From Enoplolaimus lenunculus (lineage: Eukaryota), in the NCBI GenBank assembly GCA_030248215.1, contig JASANG010000641.1:310001-374000 (forward strand): a stretch of 64,000 bases of DNA, given 5' to 3'. Position 1 is the first letter of the stretch; each line of letters opens with the position of its first letter. Below the pieces are notes generated by a model. The model saw only the letters and a program-made list of their open reading frames with translations. It made no database searches and was not told the origin of the DNA. Below, piece after piece: positions 1-12,522 of the stretch. Made by a program: the position numbers and the translations under genes.

Positions 1-450
1 AAACTCAGATTTAGGCTCAGGAAAGACTTACTCAGCTACTACATAAACCTAAACTTCAACCTAAAGCCTAAACCGAAGACCCCGGTTGGACGGGCGCAGA
101 AAATGTACCTGGTACATTGATATAAACTGACACCGCCGCTGACCTTATTCAATGGCTCATAATCTGCCTCTCGCTCACGGGGCAAATTCCCGTAGGCCAC
201 ATGGCCAGTCCATTGGTGCCTAAACCAAAGTTCGTACCTTAAATGTGGCACAGAAAGTGTACAAAAGCCTTATTTTGAAGATCCGGCTCAATAGGCACAA
301 GTGTCTACCGATCCGCTTAGCTCCGGAAGAAATTACATTTACGTTTTGTGCTATATTCCTTTCATTATTTGTAGTTACATTTTTGATTTTTATAATCATT
401 ACACACACCGCGGTCGCATTAATTTTAGAACAATATTTTGCCAAGTAATA

Positions 451-3400
451 ATGACAACTGAATTTGATTATATTGTGGTTGGTGCTGGATGCGAAGGCTC
501 AGCGACCGCGTATCAGTTGGCACGCAGAGGTCATAAAGTGTTACTGCTTGAACAGGTAAACATCGATGTATGTTCCATTTTGCATAAGCCTACTGGAAAG
601 CTTTGTATGTTACAATGTTAATGTTTTATCACATGAATATTTTTCAATTTCATCTCAGATTTATAATTTCATGGTAGTATTCGAACTCCAGTCTCACGGA
701 TGGGAGGCGTTTACTGTGACTACTAAGGTGTAGGAGCATGACGCTCGAGTCAAAGAAGTTTTAACACTTTTGAGGAGATTTAAAATCCACTCACAGTGCC
801 TGTATTGCTCGTACATAATTTGTTTTTTATTTCTCATGGTGTACATACTCTTTGATTGGAAAGGGTGGTACATACTATTATTGAAAATTTTCCAACTAAT
901 TTTTTCTCACATGATCATCAGATTCATCTCAGACTTAATTTCATGGTAACATTCGAACCCCCAGTCTCTCAGGTAGGAGGCGTTCACGATGGACACTCAT
1001 ACGTTTTGTGGTGATTCTACACTGCGTATATAGTTTAAAATTGTTAAACACTGATCACAGGGTCTGTATTGGTCGTATATTCTTTGTATTTAGTTCTTCA
1101 TAGCATAGTTGGCCCATGTATAGAACAAGGCTGGAACAGTGGTACAAGCATATTCCTAAGCCTAAGCTATGCCTAAGCCTAAGCAAAATAGTAAGTCTAA
1201 GGCTTAAACTGACTCTATTAACAGCCCCGCCGGAAAACGATCCGGCCCTGTTCTATACATGGGCGGCATAGTCTTCGAGTGAAGTTCAGTTTTTGGTAGG
1301 TTTTAGTAAAAGTGCTACAGTGCCTACTTTCAAATTATTTTCTGATTACACATAATATTAATTACTAAATTTTGCGCTGTTGGCAAATGGTTAATATCAG
1401 GGCCAGATTAAGGTGATGGGAGGCCTGGGGCCCATAGAGCTAGCAGGCAGGTATCGACCGGATATCCGGTTCCGACATATCGAAATATTAGATATTTTGC
1501 ACCGACTGCAATTCCGGGCAAGTCAGGAATGGACACTGACATTCAGATTGCAACCGGAATTCCCATTAAGATTAGAATTCTGGCTCAAAACGAGTTCCGA
1601 TTCCGATTCCGATTGCACAATCAATGGGAATGGTAATTTTGAAATTTAATTTTAATCTTACTTTTTGTGATACATTGCATAAGTTGACTTACAAGCTGGG
1701 TTGAAAATTTTGCTAGGAAGAGGCCAAAATTTTTCCAAGGTGAGCTGAACACCTCTCATGGTCCCCCTGGACTACGGCCCGCCTTCAAAGTATCCGTCGA
1801 TGTTTCAATTTAATTCCTAATTGTTTTTTGTTTATTGATTATAGTTTTCACTTCCAACAACACGTGGAAGTTCGCATGGTCCAAGCCGAATAACGCGAAG
1901 GGCGTACGAGCAAAACACAGTGTACACTCAAATGATGGAAGATGCGTTTCGTGAATGGGAAAATTTAGAAAAACAAACCAATACTAAATTATACCAGTAA
2001 GTGAATCAAATAATCGATAAATTTCTCTGCCAGCCTAAACTCAGCCATAACTGGATATAACCGGACCAGTCAGTGGAAGTTCAACGTCCCTCTGGAAAAC
2101 TTTTAGCATTGTTTGAGGAAAGTTTCAACCTGACTTGTAAGTCATGCGAAATCGTTGTATAGTTCTCGTGACCAAATTTGAGTCTTTGTCAATATGTTTA
2201 ACTGGCTACGAGCATATATAGTATCCTTAATGCTGCCAAAAATATTTAGCTTCTATTGACTAAAGTCAATAATTGTGTTAGTGAGAATTTTCTAAAATTC
2301 AAGACATTTATGTCTTCGTTTGAACTTCTATTTCTAGTTTCTAAAAACTCGCTAACAATTTTTCAATTAAAGTTGTCAATTGAAAACTTTAATTCACAAA
2401 ATTTTTCAATAATGTCGTGTTGGTTAAATTTCAAGACGTTCTGATCACTGTGTATACTGGTTCATTGTTTAGGAAATAGAAGTATATTTAAAATTTAAGC
2501 CAAACTGGTCTCATTCTTACGTCAAATACTAAATCGGTGTTAGATGCTTATCGAAATAGTCTCAGCCAATGCAAGTTGCCGTACACTGACTTGACAAACA
2601 CTGAAATTAACGCCCGTTTTGGACCAATAATTCACTATCATTCGTCGGAATTTATCGGGCTTTTTGATCCCAGTGGCGGTGTACTTAACGCAGATAAATG
2701 TTTGGCTGCGTTTTGGGTAAATTTTTTTGTTGCTTTCAGCCAGCGGCAAATCCAAAGGGGGACGTGCTCTTTCTCACCAGCTCTGCCGTGATAAAAATGT
2801 TACAATAAATACAGTTCATCTAAACCTTATACTGCAGTGACCCGAATGAGAAGGTGTGGGGTAATAAGAGCGGGGTCCTCATTTTGATCTCAATCAATAG
2901 GAGTCCGTATCCCTAATAAGAGTCCGTGAGCGGATAGAGTCCTTAAATCCTAATTAGAGTCCATGAAGGTCAGTTATTCCTAATTGTAGTGCATAAATGA
3001 CTTCAAGACCAAATAAAATTAAGTTCGAATCTTTAAAACGTACTTAAATTTTGAAAGTACATTTCTAAGTATAACCTTGGATGATCGCTCAAGCTATTGA
3101 CACAAGTCAAATAAACGTTTAATTCACCGGATACTTGTAGTACCGATATATCAGTAACGAAGGGTGGTGGAGCGTGGGTGAAAAATAAATAACAGTCCGT
3201 AACCGAGTAACAAGTGGGGTACCTTCAGGAGAGGCCAAATCAATATCAGTCTCCCCTCTTATTCGGGTCACTACAGTACTGTATGATTTCCACCCAGGCA
3301 GTTGAAACGTTTGGCAGAAATACAACATGAGTTTCAATATTATAGACCTCCGGCGCAATTTCTACCTCTAATATTCAAATATTTGCTAAACAAAATTTAA

Positions 3401-5719
3401 AAACTGTAAAAATCCAAAAATCCAAAAAAGTCTCTTGCCTCACCGGAAGATCCTGCAACCGCCGCGGTTTTCAATCGTACTTTTATTTCCCGATAGAATT
3501 TCGTTTCACTTTCCAGCACTTGTAGTTTTCCGAATACGCGGAAGCCTGAACCTACATCTAAACCTATGTCTAAAAACCTAAGCCTAAGCCTAAACCTAAG
3601 CCCAAGCCTAAGCCTAAGCCTAAACCTAAGCCCCTAAGCCCAAGCCTAAGCCTAAGCCTAAGCCCAAGCCCAAGCCTAAGCCTAAGCCCAAGCCTAAGCT
3701 TAAGCCTAAGCCTAAGCCCAAGCCTAAGCCTAAACCTAAGCCTAAGCCTAAGCCTAACCTTAAGCCTGGGTTCAAAAGCCTCAGGTACGATTCTGACTTT
3801 AGTTGTGGAATTATTTGTTGACAATCGAGATGTTTTTGTAGTCTTAGGTATATATTATGGATTCTGCAATCACAGTAATTCAATGCTTTATAGTGAGCCC
3901 TTAACATTTTCTATTGGAAGTTTTGTGCACGAAATTGAGTTGAACATCAACTTGACGAAATGCATTTACGGTATTAGCATAATATGCATATTTTACGAGG
4001 GGGCATACACGTGTTTTCAATAAATTGCAAGCATTGTGAATCTGTTCTAGGGAGATGAAATTTTGTCAGAGGGTGTAAGCTCGTCGTGGCCACGCTCTGA
4101 CTATAGGTCTGTTCATATTTTAGTCCGAATTCAAACGGTATGGCGGCGTTTTGAAGGATGAATGCAAAGTAATTGGTATTTCTAAAGGCAACATGATCGA
4201 CACAGATCAGGACATTTCGTACCGAGCTCGCAAAAGTATTGTGTTGTGCCTTGGAGCGTTCGCTGGACCATTCCTGAGCGCTCAGCTGGGTTTGGAGCTG
4301 CCGCTAGCAGTAGGTTAACGCCATCGTTCTATTGGCTATAAAAATCATTGTCGTCTAAAGCATTTTACCGAAAAATCGAGAAGCAAATTCAAGACAGCCC
4401 TTGATTAGGAACCATTCAGAAGAAAGTCCTTGACCAATTGGTCTCTATTTAATGGATGTCATTTATTTACATGACAGCACTATGAAAATTGGACCCCATG
4501 AAAATATGCCTGGGGCCGTTTTTTCAGCTTATGTTGTCGTACGACATCGGCTCCGGTAACTGCTGTAGCCGGATATTGAACTATGTGGCTCCGGCTCCGG
4601 CATTTTTTAGATCCAACTGAACGCTGAATATATATCAGCGTGCGACCGGATACCAAAAATGACAGTGCCGGGTTATACGCCGTTGCATAAAACCAAAAAC
4701 CCGGAACAAAAATTAGCAACAACAATTTATCCATCAACGCACGGTCTGCACTTTAACCCCTTCTCACATTGAGTTGCCTGTAGGCAACTCAGCGCAGTGT
4801 ATATACGTTAAATAGTATATATCGCACCGTGTTTAACAATTGCGACACGTATACATAGTACTCATTCATTACAAGACGTGCAAGCCCCCTCGGGCTCGAG
4901 CGTCAAGCTCCTATAGCTGAGTGGTGATTGTATACGCCTCCACTCCAGTCACTGGAGTTCGAATCCTAGCATAAAAGTAGGCCGCAGGGGAAATAGAAAA
5001 TATTCATATGCGAAAGCGTTGAGTACAACGTGTTTACTGAAAAGTTACATAAAAAATTATTTTATTTTAATTTTCTTTCACTGTATTTATTTTCAGCCTC
5101 AAAGAATATCTGTGTACTATTGGAAAACACGTAACCCGACCATTGATCCACGTACAATTCCATGTTTGATGCATTATGATCATACTGACGGAACGCACTA
5201 TTTTGGATTGCCTCCGCCTGAAAAAGCTGGATTGTACAAGGTATCGGGACTATATATCTCGCGTACGTTGGCAAATATATCCGGATCCGCCACAGCTATC
5301 CTTAGGTTATGTTATACCTCAAAATCTGAAAATTCCAAACCTGTGGAGAGAAAGTGTATACGAGCCGCTTGCTTTACTAATCAAAATACATATTTGTTTC
5401 ACTGAGCAAAAACATTTGGTTTCCAATACCAAATATTCTATTTCACTACGGGCTCGTAGCCCGGGAGCTCAGCGCTGCGCTGAAGAAATCTTGGCTATTT
5501 CTAAAAAATTTTCAACCTTGCTTGTAAGTCAACGAAAGCACTTCCCTGCTCAAAACTTTTTAACAATATTGGGTTGAAGTATGCAAGTCGGGTCCAATTT
5601 TAAAATATTTAAATTAGTTACCGCAGCTAGGAATTATTCCACAACGTTTACTATTTATTCTAAACCTCTTACTATTGTACGTGGTCAATATAGTTTTAAG
5701 TAAGGGCAACATGTAATTC

Positions 5720-5762
<43 letters not shown>

Positions 5763-8700
5763 GCCGCTGTTTGATGTATTTAGTTCTGTATTCACAACGG
5801 TCCAGCCATTGATGCCGAGTCGAGAGATGCGCCTGATACTAAGTTTTGGTTAGACCTGGTCAAAGATCGTGTTCAAAAGTATCTGCCTGGTCTAGAAACT
5901 TCACCCAGTATCGTCGATTCATGCATTTATACAGTTAGTGAGCTAATGTTACTTTTACGGCCGTCACTGTAGAATAGGCATATTTCTAAGCCTAAACCAA
6001 AACATTGAATAAGCATACCATAAACCTTAGGTTAAGCATAAGCCTAAGCAAAAAAATGTAGACTAAACTCTTACCCTACCTTTTTACAGGCCAACCAGAA
6101 ATTGGAATGCCCTAAAAGTAACACGAGACCAGTTAGTGTATTGTTTTCCGCAATTTGTTGCAAAAAGCCGTTTTAGTTGTTTTGTGGCTTTGTGGTTAGC
6201 TTTGCGTTAGTTTTGAGCCTAAAGATTATGCAAATTTTTATTTGCTAAAATGTTAATTTTTGTAGTTGTCAGATATGCCGCCCCATTTTGCGCCTGTGGA
6301 ATTAGCGACAGTGCTAATGTTAGTCCATTCGTGTTTCCATATTGTGTTTTGTGAAAAAATTTCGTTAACTTTTGCTTTCCGTATTTTAAGCATTTTACAA
6401 AATATGTTTCCATATTCAATGATCAGAAACATTTCTTGTACCTAAACGAATCAGCTGCTCAAAACGCCCAAGCATTTTACAGTATTCCGGTCTAATCAAG
6501 CCTAGTGTTTCCAAACTTTCAAAATTTAATAAACTGCTGGAAAGTATACAACATGGTGAGTGAAATTGACTCTCTCCGAAATAGACTCTACGACACTACA
6601 CACTCTGAGTCAAATTCGACTCCGCCAGAGTCAAACGCGCGACTCAGCGACGCGAACTTGACTGTGACAGAGTCGAACTTGACTCAATTTGTGTATATAG
6701 TCCCGCAGAGTGTGTTTCGGAGAGAGTCAATTTGACTCACCATTTTTTGCAGTGCATGCCAGAGTGACAGAAACTTTACTTGTCACCTAACTCCCTAAGT
6801 TACGTCAAAATATGAACATTTCGAAAACTATGGAGTCAAAATGCAAAAATTCCAAAGCTGGCTTTGCCGTTTTTATGCCACCTGACATTTCATGTATTTA
6901 TTTTTATATTTCAGTGGACTCCGGATACAAATTTCATTATGGATAAACATCCAAAGCAACCAAATATTATCATTGGAGCTGGGTTTTCTGGTAAATTACT
7001 GAATTCGTTTTGGCGTATAATGGACTACTATGGATTTTGAGACATCCACTTACAGAACGTATAGAACATCTCCAGGATAAAGCTCCTCAATATAGTGTTC
7101 GCTTTAGGCGGTCCATATAAAGATCAGGGGTGGAATGGTTTTTTGTGGGACTGCAATAGAGCACGCTTATCCGATAGCCAAGTTTTTGCTTAGGCTTAGG
7201 CTTAGGCTTAGGTATATGCTCAGTGTTACGCTTAGGATCAGGCTTAGGCTTAGGCTAATGCACTGGCAAAAAATAATGACTCAAATTGATGTTTTTGGAA
7301 ATAGGATTTTCCGGACTACATGACTCTGGCTGAGTTCAAATTTGACTCAGTTTGTGTAATCCGGAAAAGCCTATTTTGGAGAGAGTCAATTTGACTCACC
7401 ATTTTTCGCAGTGTCTTTACGAATATCGTTATACTACTGTCCCGCCGCTGTTCCATACATTGGCCGCTTAGAATTCAGGTGAGGTTTAGGCTTAGGCTTA
7501 GATTCACAGCTTTGCATCGCAATGTTCTTAATTCCTCTTTATGGAGAAATCGACCAAAGACAATGCCCGTTCTGAAAATTATTCAGAACAAATTCTACGC
7601 TCCCGTCGACGCCTAATGAATACACCACCATGAGAAATTCTATTTCACGACTATTTAATCTGACGACCGTTTCTCACTGCTTCTCATACGGTTATTGCCT
7701 CCCACATTCACTTAAGAAATTTTGTCGCCCTGAGGCTTTTTATATCTTTGCACATCTTGAAGGTACTATACCGTGCTAGATTATATGCTCTCGCATAGAC
7801 GTACAGGAGCACGATGGACTGGGTGCAGAATTTTAGATTCTGTTTGAGATTCGGTCAAATTTGACAGTAGCATTGCTAATACCCTGTTTCTGCTCATGAC
7901 TCTTAAGTGTCATAATTAGTGCCTGTTTTTTACGCTAGATTGACAAATTTGGGGTAACTCATAAACAGGTGCGGATACAGAAAATTATGACGGGGCGGAC
8001 TGGCGCTAGTTGTGAGTATGCTATATACGTATGTGCCAATTTTATGAGGGGAAAAATTGTAAGATGGGCGTAACCTGACCTTTTATCACAAAACATTTTC
8101 TGATGGGGGCGTACGATTTCAGCCGGCGTCTGTAACCGCTAGTGTGCACCAAATCATAAATTTTAAACTCGCTGGAAACATGAAAAATGAAATTTGACGT
8201 CAACTTGAAAGTATACTTCAAACAATTCGTCCAGTAGTTTATATTGACGAAAGGGACACGGTACAACGAAAACTACGGACAGCAGATCAAAAAATACTTT
8301 GAAGCTGCGCGTCTTTTACAGTAAAGATTGGATGATGCTTGTTATCCGAGCAGAGGAATTGTCCGGCAGGAAAAATCGTCAGGTGACGCCGATTTTGTTT
8401 GGCTCCGATTTACCACGACTATATTTAGTGGTTTGGGTTTTGCGCACTGTACATCAGAACGATAAGTAAAAAACATTCGTTTTCCGCTTCAAGACCATGA
8501 ATCAAATTGCCCGTAAGCAATTCTTTTTAAAAACACAACCGCATGATCGTGGTGTTTCTATAATTGGCCCATGTAAAGATCAGGAGCAGAACGGTTTTCT
8601 ACGACGGCTGCAATAAAGTAAGCTTAAGCTTTCGACTTTTTTGCTTACTTAGGCTTTACTTTGGTTTAGGCTTATAGGCTTAGGCTTAGGTGTAGGCTCT

Positions 8701-9015
8701 TTCTTATGCTTAAACTTAGGCTTAGGCTTGGGCTTAGGAATATAGTGATACCATTGTAACGGCCCTGTTCTATATACACTGGCCCTGAAATTTCACCAGC
8801 AAACAAGCTTTAAAGCTTGAAGGCAGCTTAAAAGCATCCGGACGTTGGTGATGTAATCGTGTACATTTTTAATTTTAGGACACGGATTCAAAATGTCAAT
8901 TGTGGTGGGAAAAATTTTGGCCGATTTAGCCGCGGACACCAAACCAAGCTATGACATGTCTCAATTTCGTATTGATCGTTTCTCACATTCGCCCGCTGCG
9001 AAAGCCAAACTGTGA
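451..9015 (+). CDS. PIPOX: Peroxisomal sarcosine oxidase / L-pipecolate oxidase (FAD-dependent, MSOX/PIPOX family), 8 exons, about 388 aa
   Basis: Exons 451-555, 1845-1996, 2500-2716, 4124-4309, 5097-5240, 5784-5933, 6915-6990, 8879-9015. All introns are GT-AG, phases are consistent, total 1167 nt. Motifs: N-terminal Rossmann [56 protein letters not shown] (covalent-FAD Cys region), GAGFSGHGFK, and C-terminal AKL (PTS1). Confidence 0.93.
1111..1265. mobile_element. TTAGGC-bearing MITE (Merlin-like: GG termini, 8-bp TSD)
   Basis: TIR ggcccatgtatagaacaaggctgga / tccggccctgttctatacatgggcg, internal cctaag repeats, flanks gcatagtt / gcatagtc. Confidence 0.85.
2832..3276. mobile_element. About 445-bp MITE with TIR CTGTAGTGACCCGAAT and TA TSD (Tc1/mariner-type inferred)
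   Basis: ta|ctgcagtgacccgaat ... attcgggtcactacag|ta. Homologous copies at 22163-22460 (partial), 28258-28663, 55045-55120 (partial) and 55268-55700. Related right ends at about 15140 and 44397. Confidence 0.85.
3577..3767 (-). repeat. Interstitial telomere-type array (TTAGGC)n with variant units, about 30 units, in PIPOX intron 3
   Basis: Directly visible (GCCTAA)n on the + strand with ACCTAA/GCCCAA variants. No flanking MITE inverted repeats were seen. Confidence 0.95.
4757..5018 (+). mobile_element. Dispersed repeat containing a degenerate tRNA-like (A-box/B-box) segment, with possible TTAA|CCC piggyBac-like termini
   Basis: agctcctatagctgagtgg ... cgcctcc ... ctggagttcgaatcc. Relatives at 56519-56645 (+), about 625-750 (-) and 905-997 (-). 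Left end ttaaccccttctcacat is roughly complementary to the family right end attca(t/g)tgagaa.gggtt.a. Confidence 0.55.
5720..5762. repeat. (TTA)n microsatellite near the PIPOX exon 6 acceptor
   Basis: Directly visible. Confidence 0.95.
5941..6130. mobile_element. TTAGGC-bearing MITE, variant TIR subfamily, inserted at the PIPOX exon 6 splice donor
   Basis: Perfect 8-bp TSD agttagtg at 5933-5940 and 6131-6138. TIR agctaatgttactttta / taaaagtaacacgagacc, internal cctaag repeats. Confidence 0.8.
6530..6754. mobile_element. Palindromic element of a second CACTG-terminal family (GAGTCA/TGACTC motifs)
   Basis: atggtgagtgaaattgactctctccgaa ... ttcggagagagtcaatttgactcaccattttttgcagtg. Shares its right end with 7261-7413. 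Confidence 0.75.
7110..7465. mobile_element. TTAGGC-bearing MITE interrupted by a nested CACTG-terminal palindromic element (7261-7413)
   Basis: Left TIR ggtccatataaagatcagggg, right TIR gctgttccatacattggcc, ttaggc array, inner cactg...cagtg element related to 6530-6754. Confidence 0.75.
8566..8784. mobile_element. TTAGGC-bearing MITE
   Basis: TIRs ggccccatgtaaagatcagg / ggccctgttctatatacactggcc, flanks ctataatt / ctgaaatt. Confidence 0.85.
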
Positions 9016-9043
9016 TCAAAGCACGATCCGCGACAGTCATTCC

Positions 9044-9251
9044 GGCCAATGTAAAGAACAGGGGCGGAACACTATTATAACTGTATTCCTAAGCCTAAGC
9101 CTAAGCCTAAGCCTAAGCGCAAGAATGAGCATATTCCGAAGCTTACGCCTAAGCCTGAGCCTAAGCCAGGCAAAAAAATTAGCCTAAACCTTAAGCTTAC
9201 TCTATTGCAGTCCCACAGTAAAAAGTTCCGCCCCTGTTCTTTACATGGGCC
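9044..9251. mobile_element. TTAGGC-bearing MITE, 28 nt after the PIPOX stop codon
   Basis: Near-perfect TIR ggccaatgtaaagaacaggggcggaac / gttccgcccctgttctttacatgggcc and perfect TSD gtcattcc (9036-9043, 9252-9259). Confidence 0.92.
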
Positions 9252-10453
9252 GTCATTCCGATGCCCATTTTGACAGCGAGACCCATAGGTGTCTCAGCTG
9301 CTAGTCAGCCCTTGAAATTTAAGGAAAGAATCCCATAAGAAACATCGATCTATAAAAGCGTCCATCCTGTGCATTTAGATTAACATCCAGCGGCGGTGCG
9401 TGCTTCGACACTAGATTGTTGAGTTTACATTATATAATTGCAGATTGCAATTGCAGTAAAATTGCAACAGAACCAAACAGTTTGGTTTTGGAGCAACTAC
9501 GGAAAATATCAAAGCGATCAAAATAATCTATTTCGGTTTGGGTTTTCAAATCAATCAACGTGTTGCCCGACTCTTGGTTCCGCCATAGCCTAAACCATAA
9601 AAATGAATTTTAAATATATCACTCAGTGGCGGATCCACAAATTGCTGAAACCGATGCTAGCGATATTAATACAAACGCCATTTTTAGTGCTAAACCATAA
9701 TACAAAAAATTAACTTTTTATGGGATACCTAGACCCCCCTTGAAGCTGGTGGCGATATCACTTTCTGTGAAATATGTTATTTTAGATAGCGCATGCTATA
9801 CAGCAGTCTTAAAATAGGAATGACTATAGTAATATGAAATAATTAGGGTGGTTACGTAAAATAAAATTTACGCTGCATAGACAAATACTGAATACATCAC
9901 TTACTGTTTCCTCAAAAAATTTTTTACGTCTTTGAAATACGATGTATGCTATGAGCGTAGCGCTACCGTGGCGTATACAAGCGGAGGTGTAAAATGTCAT
10001 ATATCCCCTATCGAAATTTTTTAGAAAGACAACCGAAAGCTCAGGTAATAGGATGTAGAACAACCGGATTGATGTCAAATGTTAACAAATCCGTGTTTCA
10101 CAGGTTTATACGCTCTCGAATTGAAATTCTACCTACGCTCCTTTTGCGTGAGATTGTTAACTTGTGGGATAAAAATTTTTTGTTAAATTTTATTAGCTAT
10201 GTGAGCCAGTTATTTTATGTACAAGTTTAAACAACATACTTGCAGTTGTAAGTGTCGTTTCTGAAGACGTTTTGCTGAAATTAGGCATAAATTACACCCA
10301 ATTTGATACAAAACGCGTTTGTTTATAAGTTTTTTGTTTTTCGATCCACTTTTATGATTGCTCAATTTTTTGGCCATTGAGATTAAAAACGTTAGGTTTG
10401 CCAAAAATATCCAAATACAAACAGAACGTCTTGCTTTGGCAGACCGAAATCTG

Positions 10454-10621
10454 GGCACATGTAAAGATCAGCGGCGGAATGCGGAACTTCAATAGAGTAA
10501 AATTTTGCTTTAGTCAAAATGTTTTGCTGAGTATCAGGTTTAGGTATGAACTCATTTTTACGCATAGGCTTAGGCTTAGGAATATGTTTGTAGTGTCATG
10601 GCCCTGCTCTACACATTGGCC
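10454..10621. mobile_element. TTAGGC-bearing MITE
   Basis: TIRs present, TSD gaaatctg / aaaatctg. Confidence 0.85.
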
Positions 10622-10849
10622 AAAATCTGAATAAGGTGCATTTAAGGAACTCTGATTCGTAGCAAATATTGTTTGAATGCGTTGATTCCGTATCTTAAAT
10701 ACCATTTTTAACTCAAGTTTGTCTTATTAATATAGGTGGATCCCATTTAGTAGCATAAGAGGGGCAACAGTGAATGGAACATTTGGGAACTGTGTTTTGT
10801 AAGCCTATTAAATGCATAACATATCACAATCGTTGACCATGTAAATTAC

Positions 10850-11045
10850 GTCCCATGTAAAGATCAGGGGCGGAGCGTTTTTCTGTTGAACTTGAATAGA
10901 GTAAGCTTGAGCATTAGACCAATTTTTTTTGCTTGGCTTAGGCTTAGGATTATGCATATGCTCATTCTAACGCTTAGGTTTAGGCTTAGCGTTAGGCTTA
11001 GGAATATGCTTATAATACTGTTCCGCCCTGCTCTTTACATCGGCC
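10850..11045. mobile_element. TTAGGC-bearing MITE
   Basis: TIRs present, perfect TSD taaattac (10842-10849, 11046-11053). Confidence 0.9.
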
Positions 11046-11190
11046 TAAATTACAGTGGTCTGCACACTGTTAGTCAGGGACAGTGTGGGACTTATGGCGA
11101 ATCTGAGGTTTAGGTTTATAATTACGATTAGACTTACGTTTAGAAGACGTACGCTTACACTTACGTTACTTACTTAAGTTTACGATAACG

Positions 11191-11366
11191 GGCGCATGTA
11201 TAGATCGGAAGCGAACCGTTTTTCTGCGGAACGGCAATAGAGTAATCTTAAGAGCATTTAGACTAGTTTTTTAGCTTAGAATTAGGCTTAGAATTAGGTA
11301 TAGTCGTTTCCGTATACGCTTAAACATGCTTCTACTACTGTTACGGCTGTGTTCTTTGCATTGGCC
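11191..11366. mobile_element. TTAGGC-bearing MITE (diverged)
   Basis: ggcgcatgtatagatc ... gttctttgcattggcc with degenerate ttaggc array. Confidence 0.75.
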
Positions 11367-11871
11367 TGTTTACGCTTTTAGCGAACAGGTTCTTAAAATT
11401 AACATCGGATACCATCTGTGATTGCAAATATTAACTTTTTTATACCATTTCAAAACATGTTTTATATAACGCCTAACGCTAGTCGTGTATGCTTGTTTTT
11501 TAACGATACTTTACCCGTAAAAATATTGATAAGAGTTGGCGATAAAAAATTTTCAAACGCATGCAAAGAGAGTGTCATTTTGTAGTATATTTTACACAGC
11601 TTTGGTTCTGTTCAGTCATTAATTATAATACCATTTTTGGTGTGTTTTGTTGCTGACAAAATTTGTTTAAAGTACACTCACAATGGTAAGGTCAATTAGG
11701 GCACACACAGCGTAAAAGTTTAGTAGGATGCAGTCTCTTTTCTTATAATGAACCATTCCATTCTGGGAATGCTTGGCTGGATGGTTTGACCCTACTTTTA
11801 AATCAAAACCTCGCATGTCCCACGAAATTTTCCATTTCCCTCACTTTAAATGTAACATGTCCGCTGCCATA

Positions 11872-12126
11872 CACTGTAAATACCAGTGAGTAAATTTTAA
11901 CTCAGAATGAGTTGAATCACTCAGTCTGAGTTAGGACTATCAGAACTCACAATTGTTGTGAGTTGATTCAACTCATTCTGATTTAATCAGTTAACTACCA
12001 CGGCGTCAACTCCACTCACGGTGAGACTCAACTCAACTCAGAGTGAGTTAAAGATTACTGTTATAGACTCAGAAATAACTAACTTTCCGTTTGAGTTGTT
12101 TAAATAACTCATAGGATTTTACAGTG
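11872..12126. mobile_element. About 250-bp CACTG-terminal MITE with 2-bp TSD and many AACTCA/TGAGTT subterminal motifs (CMC/EnSpm-like inferred)
   Basis: ta|cactgtaaa ... tttacagtg|ta. Homologous copies at 14165-14388, 19339-19592, 49207-49456, 56029-56280, about 59033-59226 and 63716-63933. Confidence 0.85.
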
Positions 12127-12522
12127 TACCATTGCTCCTATGTTCGTCTTAAAGTGTTCCTTGCGAACTCGAAAATATATTCCACAAAGACTGGATGCTG
12201 TATCTATACTTTAACAAAGAGTATGCAACTGGTCCATTTGTGCAGAAAAGAATGTACCCGGCACGCGTTACGCTTCTGACCCACCCCCGTATATGGGCCG
12301 GTATAACTATGTGAACCATAACACTGTATGCGCATCAAAAATTTCTCCGCTCATAGTATATTAATTTAAGGTTATTGCATGTGACAACGTCCCATCTAAA
12401 CTAAAGAGGGTCGGCCAAAAACGCAACGTCCAATGGTACATTTTGTAGCACACAAATTTGGGTAGTTGCACACTCTTGTTATAACAAAGAGTGAAGTGAT
12501 CATCTACTCTTGATTTCAGTAT

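Noticed and set aside
3570..3907. ORFs with LRLRLR / LGLGLG runs (also near 7135, 8951, 10886, 28889, 48870)
   Set aside because: They are translations of the TTAGGC/GCCTAA hexamer repeat, not proteins.
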